Positions 12,641 to 27,221 of a DNA stretch of 64,000 nt are shown here, in pieces. The stretch spans positions 50,716,001 to 50,780,000 of the forward strand of contig CM060734.1 of the NCBI GenBank assembly GCA_030704615.1, read 5' to 3'. This DNA is from Takakia lepidozioides. Lineage: Eukaryota; Plantae; Bryophyta. Numbering within the stretch: the first letter of the stretch is position 1; each line of letters begins with the position of its first letter. A program made the translations under genes and the position numbers. The notes under the pieces were generated by a model, which was not told the origin of the DNA, did no database searches, and was given only the letters and a program-made list of their open reading frames with translations.

Positions 12641-15600
12641 ACTAGAAGTAGGTAATTCTAGTTAACCATGACTAAAACCATGACAGCTGTCGTGCACCTA
12701 AGCATCGTGCCACAACATACATCGCTGTCCACCATACATTCTAAGCACACAATCCTAGAAAACTATGCCACAATCGCCCCCCTAGCTGGTGATTAGTATC
12801 TAAAGTCAATAGATCAAGAGGCCGGGTGCAAAAGTAGCCCCATCGTTACTCGCCTTCCTGCAATCCATTATCTTCAATTAAGTATCCATGGCGTTGAGCT
12901 CCTATTCCACCATTGTCATGCCCACTACCTATGTCCAAGGCATCGTGGACACAACCATTCTCCACTAGGAACCTCCTCAAGTGGCGGTGTCAAGCATCCC
13001 ATGTGTCACCCCCTTGAGCATTTGTCACACACCAACATGGTCGCGGCACCACCAGCATGCCCACATAGCATGCAACGCAACCCTGCAGCTACCACTGCAA
13101 GGTTGGGATCTATCCTCCCATCCACATGTGGAAGGTGACATGGCGTACAATTGCGCACATGGTCCTTCCATACCATGCCATCTCGACCCTCCAGAATCAA
13201 CACTCCTGAAGGCAACACCTCCCGGACCCTTAGAATCACACGCCCTGCTGTGACATCCAAAGTCGTAGGCGCTGTCTGCTGCAGATACACATAGTCCCTA
13301 GGGTGGAAACGCCGAACACCTGGCCGATATCCCCCTCCACGTATAGTGGCGTACCTCAGTGTGTCTCGGTGTTGGGCAATAGCAAGGTTCTCAAAAGCCA
13401 TAGGCATGACTCTCTTGAACAACTCTGCCCGTTGGGCACATGCTTGTGTCTACACATCCGGATCATCAAGGTTGAGAACTACTGTAGTCTCCCTGCGAAT
13501 AGATGCAGGCAAATCTGGCTCTCGGCCAAAGAGAAGAAAATAAGGCGAGAACGAGGCAAGTGATGTTTATTTGCTAAACCTATAGTCCATGGCCAACCAG
13601 GTAGCTGAAGGTCCCAATCTCCTAAGTGTCCCTTCTGCAAGCCATACTTGCGCAAGCCTCGCTTGACTGTTTGTACAACCCTCTCTGCCATGCCATTAGC
13701 CTCGGGATGATCCCGAGAAGTAGTGCGGTGATCTATCAAGGCTTGCTCACACAAAGCCTGAAACTCCCCCAAGAACTCTCTCCCCTGGTCCGTGAGTACT
13801 TCGGCTGGAGCACCAAATTGGCTAAGCACTCGATCTAAGAATGTATACGCAGCCCTTTCACTTGCCTTGTCAGGCAATGCCACTAGTTCAATCCACTTGG
13901 AGAAATGTTCCACCATCACCAGCACATACTTGTTATGGCGAATCGTTAGTGGCAATGGACCTGCGAAGTCAAGACTTCAACGATAGCCCAAACCCATAAT
14001 GGGTAAAGGATGCAATTGTGGAGTAGGTGCATTGAAAGAAGCTCGCACTCTATCACACACCATGCACCTTGCCACTAATTGTTGCACATCCGTGTGCATG
14101 CCCCCCCCCACCAATACTGTCCTTGCAGCAAACTATGAGTGCGCCGCACCCCAAAATGTTCCAACTCCTCATGGGCATGGCGTACCAATCGCGCTCGTTG
14201 TGTTGGATGAGGCACAATCCTCACTCGTCCATCCTCCCATACTCGGAGTAGGTGAGTCCCCTCCTACTTGAACCTCTTGGCTCGTTGTAGGATCCGATCT
14301 CTCATTGAAGTGGTTGATGGAGTCAGACAAGCTTATAGGGAAGCTTGCACGGTGGGCACTTATGCTTCAAGAATACGACTTTCAGGTGGTGCATCGAGCC
14401 AGTATTGTCAATCGGGATGCAAATGGATTGAGTCATAATCCATGCACGAGCGAGCATGATGATACTGGAGCTTGGTGGCATGGTGAGACGGATGAGGAGA
14501 TGGTGCCAGGATGGCATGCATCTACATTTTTGTGCATCCTAGCAATGGGAGCTCAAGCTGGTCCATCCCATAGCATTGGTCATGTCGATGGTGTACATGA
14601 CGATCCGAAGATCAATGAGGAGCTTGGTGGTGCTAAGGATGTACATGACGATGCAGCAGTGTTGGCCTACCTTCGTACTAGAGAGACATCAGCCAATGTG
14701 AGTGAAGAGATTGCCATAGAGGTAACATCTGAAATGTGCCACTGCCCATACCGCAGCTAGACACTCCCCTTCATAGGAACTATACTTCGCCTCGGCATCA
14801 TTGTTTGAGCGGCTACCATATGCCATTACAAACTCTCTTCCCTCATCATCCACCTGTGTGAGCACTACTCCAATCCCCAACATACTTCAATCCGTATGTA
14901 GTTGGAAAGGCCGCCTCAGAATAGGTGCAGAAGTCAATCGAGCCTTGAGTTCCTCAAAGGCTTCCTCCTGCTCCTCCTTCCACTGTCACTCCTGACCCAC
15001 CTTGGTTAACTTAGTAAGAGCCTTTGCAATACTGCTAAATCCCTTGACAAACCATCGATAGTAGTTTGTCAACCCCATGAAAGCATGAACTCTGCTAACA
15101 TCTATGGGGCATGGAATGCGTGCAATGGCCTCCACCTTCGTCTTTTGAACACCCAATCCTCCGGGGTATATCATGTGGCCTAGATACTCAATCTAGTTGT
15201 GGAAGAACTTGCACTCCCCAGGGTGCAATTTCAACCCATGCGCTCTCAAGCGCTCAAACACCACCTGAAGGTGTCTCTCATGCTCCTCAACCGTAGCACT
15301 AAAGACAATAATGTCATCAATGTAACACCGGGCAAAGTCTAGCCCCGCGAGAATCCTATCCATAACCCTCTGAAACTCTGCAGGAGCATTCTTCAACCCA
15401 AATGGTAGGAAGCGCCATTGGTACAAGCAATCATTCCCATGTTGATCAATCCCCCAGAATGTCGTCTTTTGCTTGTCAGCCTCTTTGATTGGCAACTGGT
15501 GGTAACCGGATCACAAGTCCAATGTGCTAAACACCTTTGCATGCCCAATGGCATCAAAGATTTCCTCTGGAGTTGGCATGGCATATCTATCGGACTTAGT

Positions 15601-16399
15601 CTGACGGTTCACAGGACGATAGTCCCCACACATCTTTCTTTCTGTCCAATTGCCATAGATATCCTTCTTAGCTGACATCACCGTTGCCGAGGCATACTCC
15701 CCGCCTGACAACTCCACCAATTCAGCTTCGAACAACTCCATAGTCCGTGACTGGATCAATGACCTCTCCATGTCACTATACCGGTAGGGCCTTCGAAAGA
15801 TTGGCGTGTCACTTGCCAAATCAATACGAATCTCCTGACCCTTCAAACTCCCCAAATCCTTCAAACCGAAGACAAAGCAATTTCTATAAGCCCTTAGAAA
15901 TCGCTGGATCCTCCGTCTCTCTCCTCCGGTGACTATAGGTCCAACATTTGGTTCCCAATTGTCCTCAGTGACTGCAACCTTGGGTACATCAGGCTTGGAG
16001 GTAGGAGACGAATCATTGCTAGATAGCAACCTCTTGGGCCTTGTCCGCCCAATCTGACTGTGGCGTAGCCTCCACTTGCTCTGCCATAACCACCTTGAGA
16101 ACATCCTCTGGGGAAGAAACATTCTCAACCTCTTCAAAAACATTGGTCACCTTGGCCTCCAACTGATCTTCAGTGTATGGCTTTCCCCACTCCTCATATT
16201 GTTGCTTGAGAGATCCAATGACTCTCTCTTTCCGCATCTCAGCCCACATCTGCCATGGGTGTTTGCACCCCATGATCCTGTGCTCGCCCCCACTCACTGC
16301 CTCAACCATCCCGGTTGGCAGAGGGGATACAATACCAAATGGGAGTACAGAAGTAGCCACCACTGTCTGCAACCTCCGTTGATCAGCCATGCACAAGCC

Positions 16400-17345
16400 A
16401 ATGACCCATGTTAAGCAATTTAGATCCATTGCTTGACCCAACACATGTCGGCGTGATGCCTCTGACAGAGCTGGCACAGCTGTAGTGCCCGTGGCAAATC
16501 CCATTGCCCGCTCTCGCTCATCTGCATTGGGCTCCACCAATTGTTGTAGCACACTGTCCCAAATCAACCCAGGACCATTGTCTCAAAAAACATGAGACGA
16601 GGGAAAGCTCATGAGCGTAGGCAAGGCCGCACGTGGCTGCCCCACTCGATTTACCACTGCTAGAGGTGGACGGTTATCATGTCGCACCCTTTGTGGTTGC
16701 CTCCCTTGGTCCAAAATGCCCTCAACTGTGAGATTGGGTGGCCGTTGAATGGAATCGTATGCTCTCTTGAGCAGCTCTGGTGGTGCAAGATTGGTCCACC
16801 ACAATCGAGGTCGATGCGCTCGTGATCCCACCGCTGCTACATCCAATAGCACCGCCGATCCAATCCAAGACCGCACCTGATGCACACTGGCCATAACCCT
16901 GGCCCGAGAGTCCCCCATAAGAGGAACATTCTCCAAGATATATGCTAGAGGTTGCACTTGCCTCATCTGCAAGTCACGCACATACTCTCAACATCTCCCA
17001 AAATAAATGCGATCGTGCATCATGCAAGCCGTTCCCATGACCCGCGGGAGAGTGTCCTTGGCAAGGCTATCCTGCTATCACCAAGTCAATGGCACCATGC
17101 CGGTCCAAATCATCCGCCCCCAGCAAGTTAATGTCTACTGGCAAGGCCTTTTGATACCCTTGAATTGCTGGGAGAGGCAACAACTCAGGATACCGGTGTA
17201 TGAGCAAGGCGATGTGGCGCATAGAAATACGCCGAGCTATCTCATCCTTCTCCACATATAAGTACTTGCGTACTTTAATCCCAGCTTGCAACACTCCTGC
17301 AAGCCCAGTGCTCATGCCTCCAAACAGGTCTAGTAAACAAATCCC
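16400..17345 (-). pseudogene. DNMT3-like C5 cytosine methyltransferase domain in copy 1
   Basis: LDLFGGMSTG (motif I), DLVIAG*PCQG (IV), YILENV (VI), AHRPRLWWTNL (VIII), ERERAMGF (IX), RRHVLGQAM (X). Confidence 0.9.
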
Positions 17346-19270
17346 TGATTCAGGTGGTTGCCAGGTAATGGGCACTGTATCCAAAGGAGCTAACTGAGGA
17401 GGTCCAGGTGATGTCACTAAACTCCCCTCACCCACCAATGGATAGGCCTCCTGTCATGCTTGGTGCACACACTCGCCTGCTACTCGATGCAAATTCCTAA
17501 CTGTACCCCACAGTGGAATATGAACAGACACATGAGGATGCAAATCAGCCTTGTATGCCAATTGTTTGTCCTCATCAGGTGGTGGCCTATCATCTGCATG
17601 GCTATTGCCCTCCAAGAGCTCACCACCCCAAGCCACCACCCCTGAGAATGCAGCCAATGTGGGCATCATGTTCCTATGATCCACCGCTACATTCCCAATA
17701 AACCGCACTGGGAGCAGTGCACGTCGACCATCCCCTGACTGCCATTCCGGCCTGTAGGATGCCGTTTCCTCCCAAAAGTCCAAAGTAAAGCCCATCGGGT
17801 ATAACACAGCCCCACCAACAAGCACATCATAAGACATCGCGTCCGTAACAATGGCTTTAGCTCTCATGACAGAGCCATCTGTAGGATGATCTGGCTGCAA
17901 TCAAATGAAGAGCTCATGGCTTGTAATCCCTCGTGCCTTCTCTAAACCGCCCAAAGATGTTTGAATTTGGAAAGGGCAAGGCTCCAAATCCGCCTCTGTA
18001 AGACCCAAGCGTGCAATTGTTGCTCTCCCCAACATCAATGGCTGTGCTCCCGAGTCCAACAAGACCCGCAGTGGCCTATACCTCCTCCTGGCTGGGCCAC
18101 CCAACTTAAACACATCATCCTGATTGTCCACCAGGACTACCCCAGGAGTCACCATACTACGCTCAATGGCTGGTCTAGCTGGCAACTCTTGCAACCTTGT
18201 AGCTGTCGCTTGCCACGACGCAGCTGTGGCTATCTTCACCCTTGAATCCAGGGCATCCATGCACTGCACCTGATCCGCTATCCCCGCAGATAGTGCCAAT
18301 GCATCACCACTCTCACAGAGTCTAGCTGCCAGTCTAAACACTGCAACTGGCCGCATCCCCGACATTGCAATTGTCGTGGCAGAAAACAATAGAGCTTGGC
18401 AAATTGCCGTAGCCGCCCCCAACAATGTACTGGCTGCACCTTGCTTTGCAGCACCACCCACTGGCATTTCCCGAGCCACACCAACTCTCCCCAATGACAC
18501 TCGTGGCTCTACTTCTGACACACTTGGGCGAGCGGGTGTCATCGATGACATAGTTGGCACTGTCTCAGCCAATGTGAAAGACTGTGGAAGCCTTGTCTGC
18601 CGACTTGCTTCCCCTCTTTGTGGATCAAAATCCACATTCGCTCCTCTTGGCTCAGGAACACGCGTTGCTGCTCGAGTGACAGCAGCTGCAGAGTCCACAT
18701 GCAATGGTCCTGCAAGTGCGGCTCCACACATGAAGCCCATACCAATCTGGTCTTCCCTAGACATATGAAGTTATGCAGGTGGGGCTTGAACCTCAAGCCT
18801 TGGAGCTGGTGCAACATGAGTAGTGGCCATGGCAGCAAGACGTTGCTCTAGCTGGGCAAGTCTATCCACCATGCCTTGGTCATAATCTTGACCTTGACCA
18901 TGTGCTCCTTGGTTTTGGTTATGTCCTCCACCCCGACCTCTGGCTCCTCTACCTCTCTGGACTACATTGCCTCGTCCTCGGCCACCTTTGTTCTCTTGGA
19001 ACTGGCCTGGCCGTAGCTCAGGATGTAAGTCATAACAATGGGTCTCTTCATGCCCATACTTGCCACAATGCCCACATTGTAGTTGTGTAGGTTGTGCCTG
19101 TGCCGGCCCTTTGCCTCTCTCCGGGCAATCTCTCTTAAGGGTCCTCCACAATCCCAACAAATCATACTTGACTGTTGTTGGCCTGAGAATGAAGGAAATG
19201 ACCTATGCAATTGAGATCCTCTCGGCCCTTCCCTGGGCTTTGCCTTAGCCCCCTTGTTGCCTTGAGCACG

Positions 19271-20113
19271 CACTACAACAGATCGCGGTAGTTATGACTG
19301 CCAAACCATGGTAGTCATGGTTTTCATGACTTTGACCATGACTGCACCATGTTTTTATATGAAATTGACCTCCCGCAGTCGTTCATACGACTGTAGTCAT
19401 ATGAACGACTATCTAAGTAGTCGTCTGTGTGACTACATGGCTCCGGAATGGGCGGAAGGCTGGTCAACGGCAATTGACCAAATTTAGCTCACCATTCATA
19501 GTCATTTCCATGACTACAGTGTACATGGATGAGGTTACGTAGTCATGATGACTATCGGGGATTTTGTAATTTGGTGTGTATAATACAATTAAAACACCAT
19601 ATGATCATATGAATGACTAATGGGTGTATTGGTTAACAGGTAGAGAACTATAACTCTTATAGTAAAGAGGTTGCAGGTTCAAACTCCTCTAAGTACAATC
19701 AAATGGAGAAGATGGTCTTAGGGTTAGTAGGCGAGCTAGGTATAGCACGTGGTACCCTAGATGGACTGCCACGTGGTTTTTTCATTATTATAAAATGCAT
19801 TATGTCACGTGGCACAATGCGGTGCGACGCGGCGTTTGACATATGTTTTTATTTTTTTAGTTTTAATTTAATTTAATTTAATTTTCAATTGCGCCTCGCC
19901 ACGTGACGCGGCAGCGGCGGCTACAGTATAGTATATATGACTGCAGTGAGAGATATCACTTGGTTCATCTTACTGTAGTTATCCGGACCGTACCATTCTA
20001 TACTCATTGTATTGACTTGGTATACATGACTTACAGTCATAGAAGTCATATGTACCGTTATAACTGCAAAATAGTCATATATACAGTCATAAATACCGCG
20101 ATCTGTTGTAGTG
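19271..20113. mobile_element. Non-autonomous CACTA element (843 bp) inserted in copy 1 gag
   Basis: TIR CACTACAACAGATCGCGGTA perfect over 20 bp (29/30 extended); 3-bp TSD ACG; many atgact/agtcat subterminal repeats. Removing it restores QQQPLPQRAQGNKG. Confidence 0.95.
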
Positions 20114-21246
20114 ACGTTGGGGTAGTGGTTGTTGTTGGCTAGGAGTCCCACTTCGTTGTGTCTCCTGACCAAATCCCACCATGACCACTCGCTCCTCCAC
20201 CATATTGAGCTCTATCCGCTCTGCCAGCAAAAACACATTTGCTAAGGTGGGTTGGGCCATTTGTAGGAGAGTTGCATCCCGCACCCTTCTCCTCAACTCC
20301 TTGTCCAATATCCCATACCAGAATTGGACTGCTTGAGCTTCCGTAACTCCTTGGGTTACATTTATCAATCGCCTCATGCGCGTGTAAGCCTCCCTTAAAC
20401 TCTCGGCAGATATTCGTTGGAACTCTCGCAAACTCCGCAATTTCTCCGTCCTTATCCCGTGGTAGTTTCTCTTTAACTCCTCGAAAAACTCCACAACTGG
20501 GTTAAAGGCAGGCACGGGTGTTGGTGCTGCAGCAGGAACTTGGGTGGACTTCCCAGCTCTTGTTCCACTTGACGTCCCACTGCTGCTTGCAAAAGCTGCC
20601 GGTGTAGCTGCCAGTGTCACCACTACCCTTGTGCCTCTAGTGATGGAGACATAGTCGGTGACCAATACACCTGTCATTCCTCAATCTCCACCTCATGTCC
20701 CCGCCTAAACTCATGGTAGTTATCCATGGGCGGCCCCTCAAGGTGCTGAAACAGCCCCTTCCACGCCATAAAAGGCGTAAACAGTTGTGGATTGCGCATC
20801 TGCTGCAAATCACACCAACTATCAAATTCCTATATGAAATCATCAAGCTCGATGGTGCCCACAACTCCAGAGTACCGACGTGGCCCCTTGGTAGCCCCTT
20901 GGTAGCTCTATACATTTCCTCCATTGTATCCCACAACAATGGCACGGAAATGGCTTGCACCCTCGGCGAGAATCCTCCTAACTCTAAGTCTGAACCTTCC
21001 TTAGAAGACACTGAAGGTGAAGGTGGCCTAAACCGCATACCTCGTCTTGTATACCCACTAGTATCGCTGGTGCTCGTACCGGCACTCTCCTCAGCAACTG
21101 GTGGCACCTCCGTGATGAAAACTCACAACCACACCTGTTATAAACCTGTCTCTAATCCCCATTTCCACAAGGTAACCTGGTAGAGAACCTGTTGCAGCTC
21201 ATGGCTTAGACTACTTAGGTTCGTAACATAAACCTGCACCTGCATC

Positions 21247-21800
21247 CACCACAAGCACTTATATGGTCTGCTGGTCATCAACCCAGCCTCACCATAAAAG
21301 AAACAATGATGGTCTGACTGGTCATCACCCCAGCCTCACCATCGACAACATGTTACAATACAAGTTGGGCTTTTCGACTCTGTATTTGACTCATTTTTGA
21401 GTCGTTTGCGACATTTTTACTCCCAACCTCCATAGTCGAACATGCGTAACAAAGGTCAAGTCATTTTAGTCAAGCAGTCGAATCCAGATGCCAGGTTCTG
21501 ATAGTGAAATGTGACAGTAAAACCTAGGGGGTGACGTGTAGGGAGCACAGTATGACGTGGATGTGACGTTGCTATGACGTGTAGTAAAGTGCTTTAACTG
21601 AATTATAAGGTGGATGCATGACGTGTAGTGAGTGGCTTAAGGGCAGAGTGACGTGGATGCATGACATATAGTAAAGTGGTCTAACTGAAGTGGAACATAT
21701 TGACTATGTTCCATGATGTTTAGTATACGGTTTGACTGTGAATCAGTGATAGTGAGTTTGCTTGCCTTTGTATAGTGTAATATTCTACTGTGAAGCAGTA
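21247..21800. mobile_element. Possible degenerate CACTA-like terminus or subterminal region
   Basis: Starts CACCACAAG; ~33-bp direct repeat pair (~21262 and ~21309); clustered gacgtg motifs like those at 5220-5400. Confidence 0.3.
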
Positions 21801-22139
21801 AAAGAGGACACATTTTAGCAAATAGGTTTCACTCTGGGGGTGTATATATATATATTGGGAGGCTTTTTATTTAATATTTGGTTTTTTTGTTTATTACTGT
21901 TATTTCGTTTTTTTCATTTACTTTTAGTTTATATCTGTATGTATGTGAATTAGTGGGTATTGTATTTAAATATTTTGATTCGCTGCACTGCATTGAAAAT
22001 ATATTACAAATACAACAAAACATAGAATACAAATACAGGTCGGAACCAAAAACATTTGGATGGCTCAAAACTGGTTTATATCAAGAGTGTTTTGCAAAAC
22101 AAGTTTTGACCACATTCTACAAATGACCAATATGAGGGC

Positions 22140-25100
22140 CATGTTGCCATATCCATAGATCACTGCCCAACTGAAGTCATTGAGTAAGGATAATCTGCTG
22201 TGCAGCTAGGTCCAGCACTATCGTGGACATGTCAAGGGAACGTTAGAAATCATTTGAGAATGAATTCAGGCAGTTTCAGAGAATGGTGGTGCCAGCTACC
22301 TTGTCATCCAAAGTGACATCCACTTCTAGGGCTGCCTTAACATACATATCCAACAAGGCAGTGTTTAGAGTGACAACTCCAGCTTTGACGATGTCATCAT
22401 GGACCTTTGTGCCCTTTTGAGGGCTGCCAGGCTCACATTTGACGTAGATGTACACCAGGGGAATGTGAGAATGACATCTGGTACAATTTCAGCTTGGATA
22501 ATGTCACCATAAACCTCTTTGCCCCTTCCCAGGGCTGCTAGGCTCGCATATGCATATTACAAAAACAAATGAACATAACAGCCTGGTCTGGCTTCATCCC
22601 TTCCCACATCATTTGCTCTTATGTTTCCAAAGCCTTAATCCCATACGCATGCTGCACATACCTTGCAATCATGGCACTCCAAAATACCACATCTCGTTCA
22701 GTCATATTGTCAAACTCTCCCTTCACATCAGGCTTGCTGCACCCACATTTGGCATACATGTCCACCAAGGCAGAGTTCAGAATGACAATTTCCACTTTAA
22801 CGATCGGCATAAGCAAGGGGAAGGAGACAACAGAGCTGCTGCACTCTCCCAGCGCCAAAAAAACCAAAAGAAAAAAAAATGGAGGGGCTGAGAGAGCCGC
22901 CATGGCTGTGAAGTGCCAGTATGCTGCAACGTGATGTGGTTGGGCTTCACCCCTTCCCCCATCAATATTTGATCATAGGTCTCCAAAGCCTCCATTCAAT
23001 GTCCCTGTTGTGCATACCCTACAAGCATCACATTCCCCCCACGTTCCATGACACCACATCTCGTTCAGCCATAGTGTTGAAAACTCCCTTCGCATCCTTA
23101 ATGCACCCACATTTGGCATATATGTCCACCAGGGCAGTGTTCAGAATCACATCTCATACAAATCCAGCTTTGACGATGTCACCATGGACCTCTATCCCCT
23201 TTTCCAGAGCTCCCAGCCTTGCACACGCATGGCATAACACAAACAAATGTGATGTGGTTGGGTTTCACCCTTTGCGCAGCAGTTGCTCATAGGTTTCCAA
23301 AGCACTCCTACCACACCCATCCTTGGTAAATCTTGCCAACATTATATTCCACGTGATCAAGATGGTTGAGGCACTCTGTGGAAAACTTGGAGAGCATCCA
23401 TGATGCTCCCACATTGGCGTTAATCCACTTTGGATAATGTGAGTGTGCACCTGTTTCCAGCTTCCAGACCTTTCATCTTGATGCACTTAAGCAAGAGACA
23501 GACAGACGTATCTGAATCTGCTGAAATGCCTTGTTGGTTTAAAGTTGTAGAGCCTCTGTCAGTCTGCCTGCCTCACAAAGCATCTTCATATGCCCAGCAG
23601 AAGAGGCATTGTGGACTCCCTCTCTTGATCCTCTTTCAGAAGCTGTGGTCATGGTTGAGGTGCTTGATTTTATCAACTGTGTCGCTGCAGCTGCTACCTT
23701 TACTTGACCATCTACCCATGCAACAGGTTTCTTGTAGCTATTGATCCACATGGAATCATAGGTAATCTGGAGCTTGAAATCCAGCCCTCTTGGATGAATC
23801 TGGACCCACACTCTATCCCTACCCCTTCAGCTATCCATACCTCTGCACAAATCATACATACATCCTTGCCTTGCTGCTAGCAGCTGACAATGACAGCCTA
23901 GAATTGTTCCAGCAAACACCCCAACCCTACTTATCACACTAGTTCAAAGTCACTCCAAACCACCACAGATCCACCCAATGAGCTAACTTACATAATTCAG
24001 GGCCAAGTCTGGTGAGGGGGCAAAACAGGCTGCAACAGATCAAAGAAGAAGGTGCCCTCACCACATTGTCCTTGACTCATGGATTTGACCGAGCATCAAC
24101 CCAAAATGACCTCTTGTGTGTGATGTTTGTGTCTGTAGTCAGGTAATGTTGGATTGGTCTATGAGAACCACCACGGTGCAGCTGAGCAAGCATAGATTGA
24201 AACACGGCCTACTAAGACCAAGCTGACTCTCCCAAGAACCTTGTAAACATCAGGAAGAACACCAAATCATGGTACTAACAGGAGCCAAGAGCCCACCTTT
24301 GCAGGATGGACAAACTTCTTCACATCGTACATTAAGAAAAGCCACACCTTGTGATTGCGGTTGTCCCACCATCGTGAAGGATCTTTATAAAACTCATGCC
24401 AGCTCACATCATGAACGAGCTAACTTGCAGAATTCTAATTTAGGGACGACTCTGATAACATGGTTAAACAGGGTGAAATGTATTGAAGAAGATGCCTTCA
24501 TTAGCAGTGAATTGTTCTATCAATTGGGCTGCAGCCGCTTCTATTTCCAAGATGACATCTGGTACAATTCCAACTTCGACAATGTCACTATGGACCTCTT
24601 CCCTCTTTTCCAGAGCTCCCAGGCTTGCAAACACAAACAAACGCAATGTGGTTGGGCTTCACCCCTTCACGCAACATTTGCTCATAGGTCTCCTAAGCAT
24701 TCCTACCACACCTACGCTTGGTAAATCCTGCCAACATAATATTCCACGTGATCAAAGATCATTGAGGCATTCTGTTGAACACTTGGTGAGCATCCATGAT
24801 GCTCCCGCACTTAACATACATGTTGACAAGGGTGTTGAGTAGAAAAACATTTGGTGTGAATCCACTTTGGATAATGTGAGTGTGCACCTGCTTTCCAGCT
24901 TCCAGACCATCCATCTTGATGCACTTAAGCAACAGACAGACATATCTGAATCTGCTGAAATGCCTCCTTGGTTTAGAGTCTGTAGAGCCTCTGTCAGTCT
25001 GCCTGCGGCACAAAGTATCTTCACATGCCTAGAAGTGCCAGAAGAGGCATTGTGGACTCCCTCTCTTGATCCTCTAATTTCAACAGCTGTGGTCATGGTT

Positions 25101-26760
25101 GAGGTGCCTGATTTTATCAACTGTGCCACTACAGCTGCTGCCTTTAATTGACCATCTACACATGCAGGTTTCTTGTAGCTACTGATCCACCTGAAATCAA
25201 GGTAATCTGGAGCTTGAAGTCCAGCCCTCTTGGATGAATTTGGACCCACACTCTATCCCCGCTCCTTCAGCTATCCATGCCTCTGCACAAATGATGCATA
25301 CATCCTTGCCTTGCAGCTGATAATGACAGCCTAGATTTGTTCTAAGAAACACCCAACTCAGCTTATTACACTAGTTCCTATACTGAATTGCGTCTGCTAC
25401 TCTCCTGTAATCTAACAAGCATTCACCTTTTTGCCTCGTGTCCCACCACTGACTGGAGTCAGAAAAGTATTCATTCCACATCTTCTCCTCATCTCTGTTA
25501 CGTATTTTTGGATACTTTGTTGTTGTCACGGTGGCAGTATCATGTCAAAGTCACTCCAAACTACATTCACTCAACCAGCTAACTTACAGAATTCAACATG
25601 GAAATTCAGGGCCAATTCTAATAAGAGGGAAAAACAGGGTGAATGTGAAGAAGGTGCCTCGATTACCAGTGCCTGATTTTATCAGTTGTGCCGCTGCTGC
25701 TGCGGCATGACAGTTGACCATCTACCCATGCAGGTTTCTTGTAGCTATTGATCTATAGGAAATCATAAGTAATATTGTGCTTGAAATCTGGCCCTTTTGA
25801 ATGAATCTAGACCTACTCTCTATCCCTGCCCCTTCAGCTATCTCTGCTTCTACACAAATCATGCACACATCAGGGAGCTAATGACAGGGGAGGAGGGCAT
25901 GGAAATTCGAACCAAGGTAGGGAAGCTCAAATATTATGCTCATGAGGATATGGTAGAGGGTGGATCCTCAAAACATGCTGGCCTTTGTGGAGGATCTCAA
26001 GTCTCAGATTGTGCAGACCAAGACTTTGCAGGAAGAATGATTGATTGTTGATACTGTCTCTTGCATGCCCTAAAGATCTGAAAATCAAGTTGAAAAAGTA
26101 AACCACGTGACTCTGTTCAACCCATCTGCTGAAGGCCTTAAGAGACATTTAGGGCCGGTTCTGATAAGAGGAAAAAACAGGGTGAAATGTGTTGAAGAAG
26201 GTGCCTTGAGTAGCAGTGCCTGAATTTTATCAATTGTGCCGCCGCTGCTGTTGTTGCGGCTTCCAGTTGACCATCTACGCATGCAGGTTTCTTGTAGCTA
26301 TCATTCCACAGGGATTCATAGGTAATCTAGAGCTTGAAATCCGGCCCTCTTGGATGAATCTGGACCCACACTCTATCCTTGCTCCTTCGGCTATCCATAC
26401 CTCTGCACAAATCATGCATAGTACCTCCTTACCTTGCTGCTAGCAGCTGACAATGACAGCCTAGATTTGTTCCAGCAAACACCCTAACCCTACTTCTCAC
26501 ACTAGTTCCTATGCTGACTTGTGCTTCCAACAGGCATTCACCTTTTTGCACCAACGTCGAGCTAACTTGCAGAATTCAACCTGAAAATTTAAGGATGACT
26601 ATGAATCTTGATAACAGGGAGAACAGGCTGAAATGTGTTGAAGAAGGTGCTCATATGTCTGCAAAGCCTCCATCCCGCGCCCTTGCTGTGCATATCCTGC
26701 AATCATCGCACCCCACGACACCACATCTTGTTCAGCCATACTGTTGAACACTCCCTGCTA
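22140..26760 (-). pseudogene. Cluster of fragmented PLS-class PPR gene copies
   Basis: Repeated NSALVDMYAKCG, NTLVNMYVKCGSIMDAHQVFNRMP, ALETYDQ..GVKPN motifs broken by frameshifts and duplicated modules. Confidence 0.85.
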
Positions 26761-27221
26761 TCTCCGCTCTAAAGCTCCCATATAGCACACGTCGTGACAA
26801 TGGCCGATACAACAAGAGCAAACATACAGGTCGATCCCACAAACAGTACACTCGTTGCGCGACACTTCTCTCTCTCTATTCTCTCCTCCCCCCGCCCACT
26901 CGCTCTCTCATGTGCACACAACAAGATACTAGTATCTTAGAAACCGCTTATCCTGGTTCGCGAACTGTAAGAAAACACAGATGGTGGCACAAAGACAAAC
27001 AAACGTGAAATCCCTAAGCCTGCGGAGCTCTCGAACCACGCCGACCCCAAAAAAAACACTCTGTCCCAGCCAGGCTGCACACTGTGACCTAACAACCCTA
27101 AACTCGAGCCAAGTGCATTATCATCCGTTCATACGTTCATACAATAGTTGTCAGCAAGGCGTTTTCTTTATCGTTCGTTCATACGTTCATCCAGTGCACA
27201 AAAATTATATTTCATTCGTTT

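Larger units (their letters stand above)
12640..21245 (-). mobile_element. DNMT-PHD Ty3/gypsy-type element, copy 1 (degenerate, rearranged)
   Basis: Colinear homolog of 37640-45360: gag ~21100-18770, PR LLDSGAQ ~18050, DNMT ~17345-16400, RT YIDD ~15320, INT ~13990-13150, PHD ~13075-12935; PPT 12775-12787, repeat B 12688-12772. Confidence 0.93.

Noticed and set aside
12640-12652. Second CACTA terminus (CACTAGAAG)
   Set aside because: Same orientation as the 5025 terminus, no subterminal repeats, and the sequence is accounted for by repeat A of copy 1.
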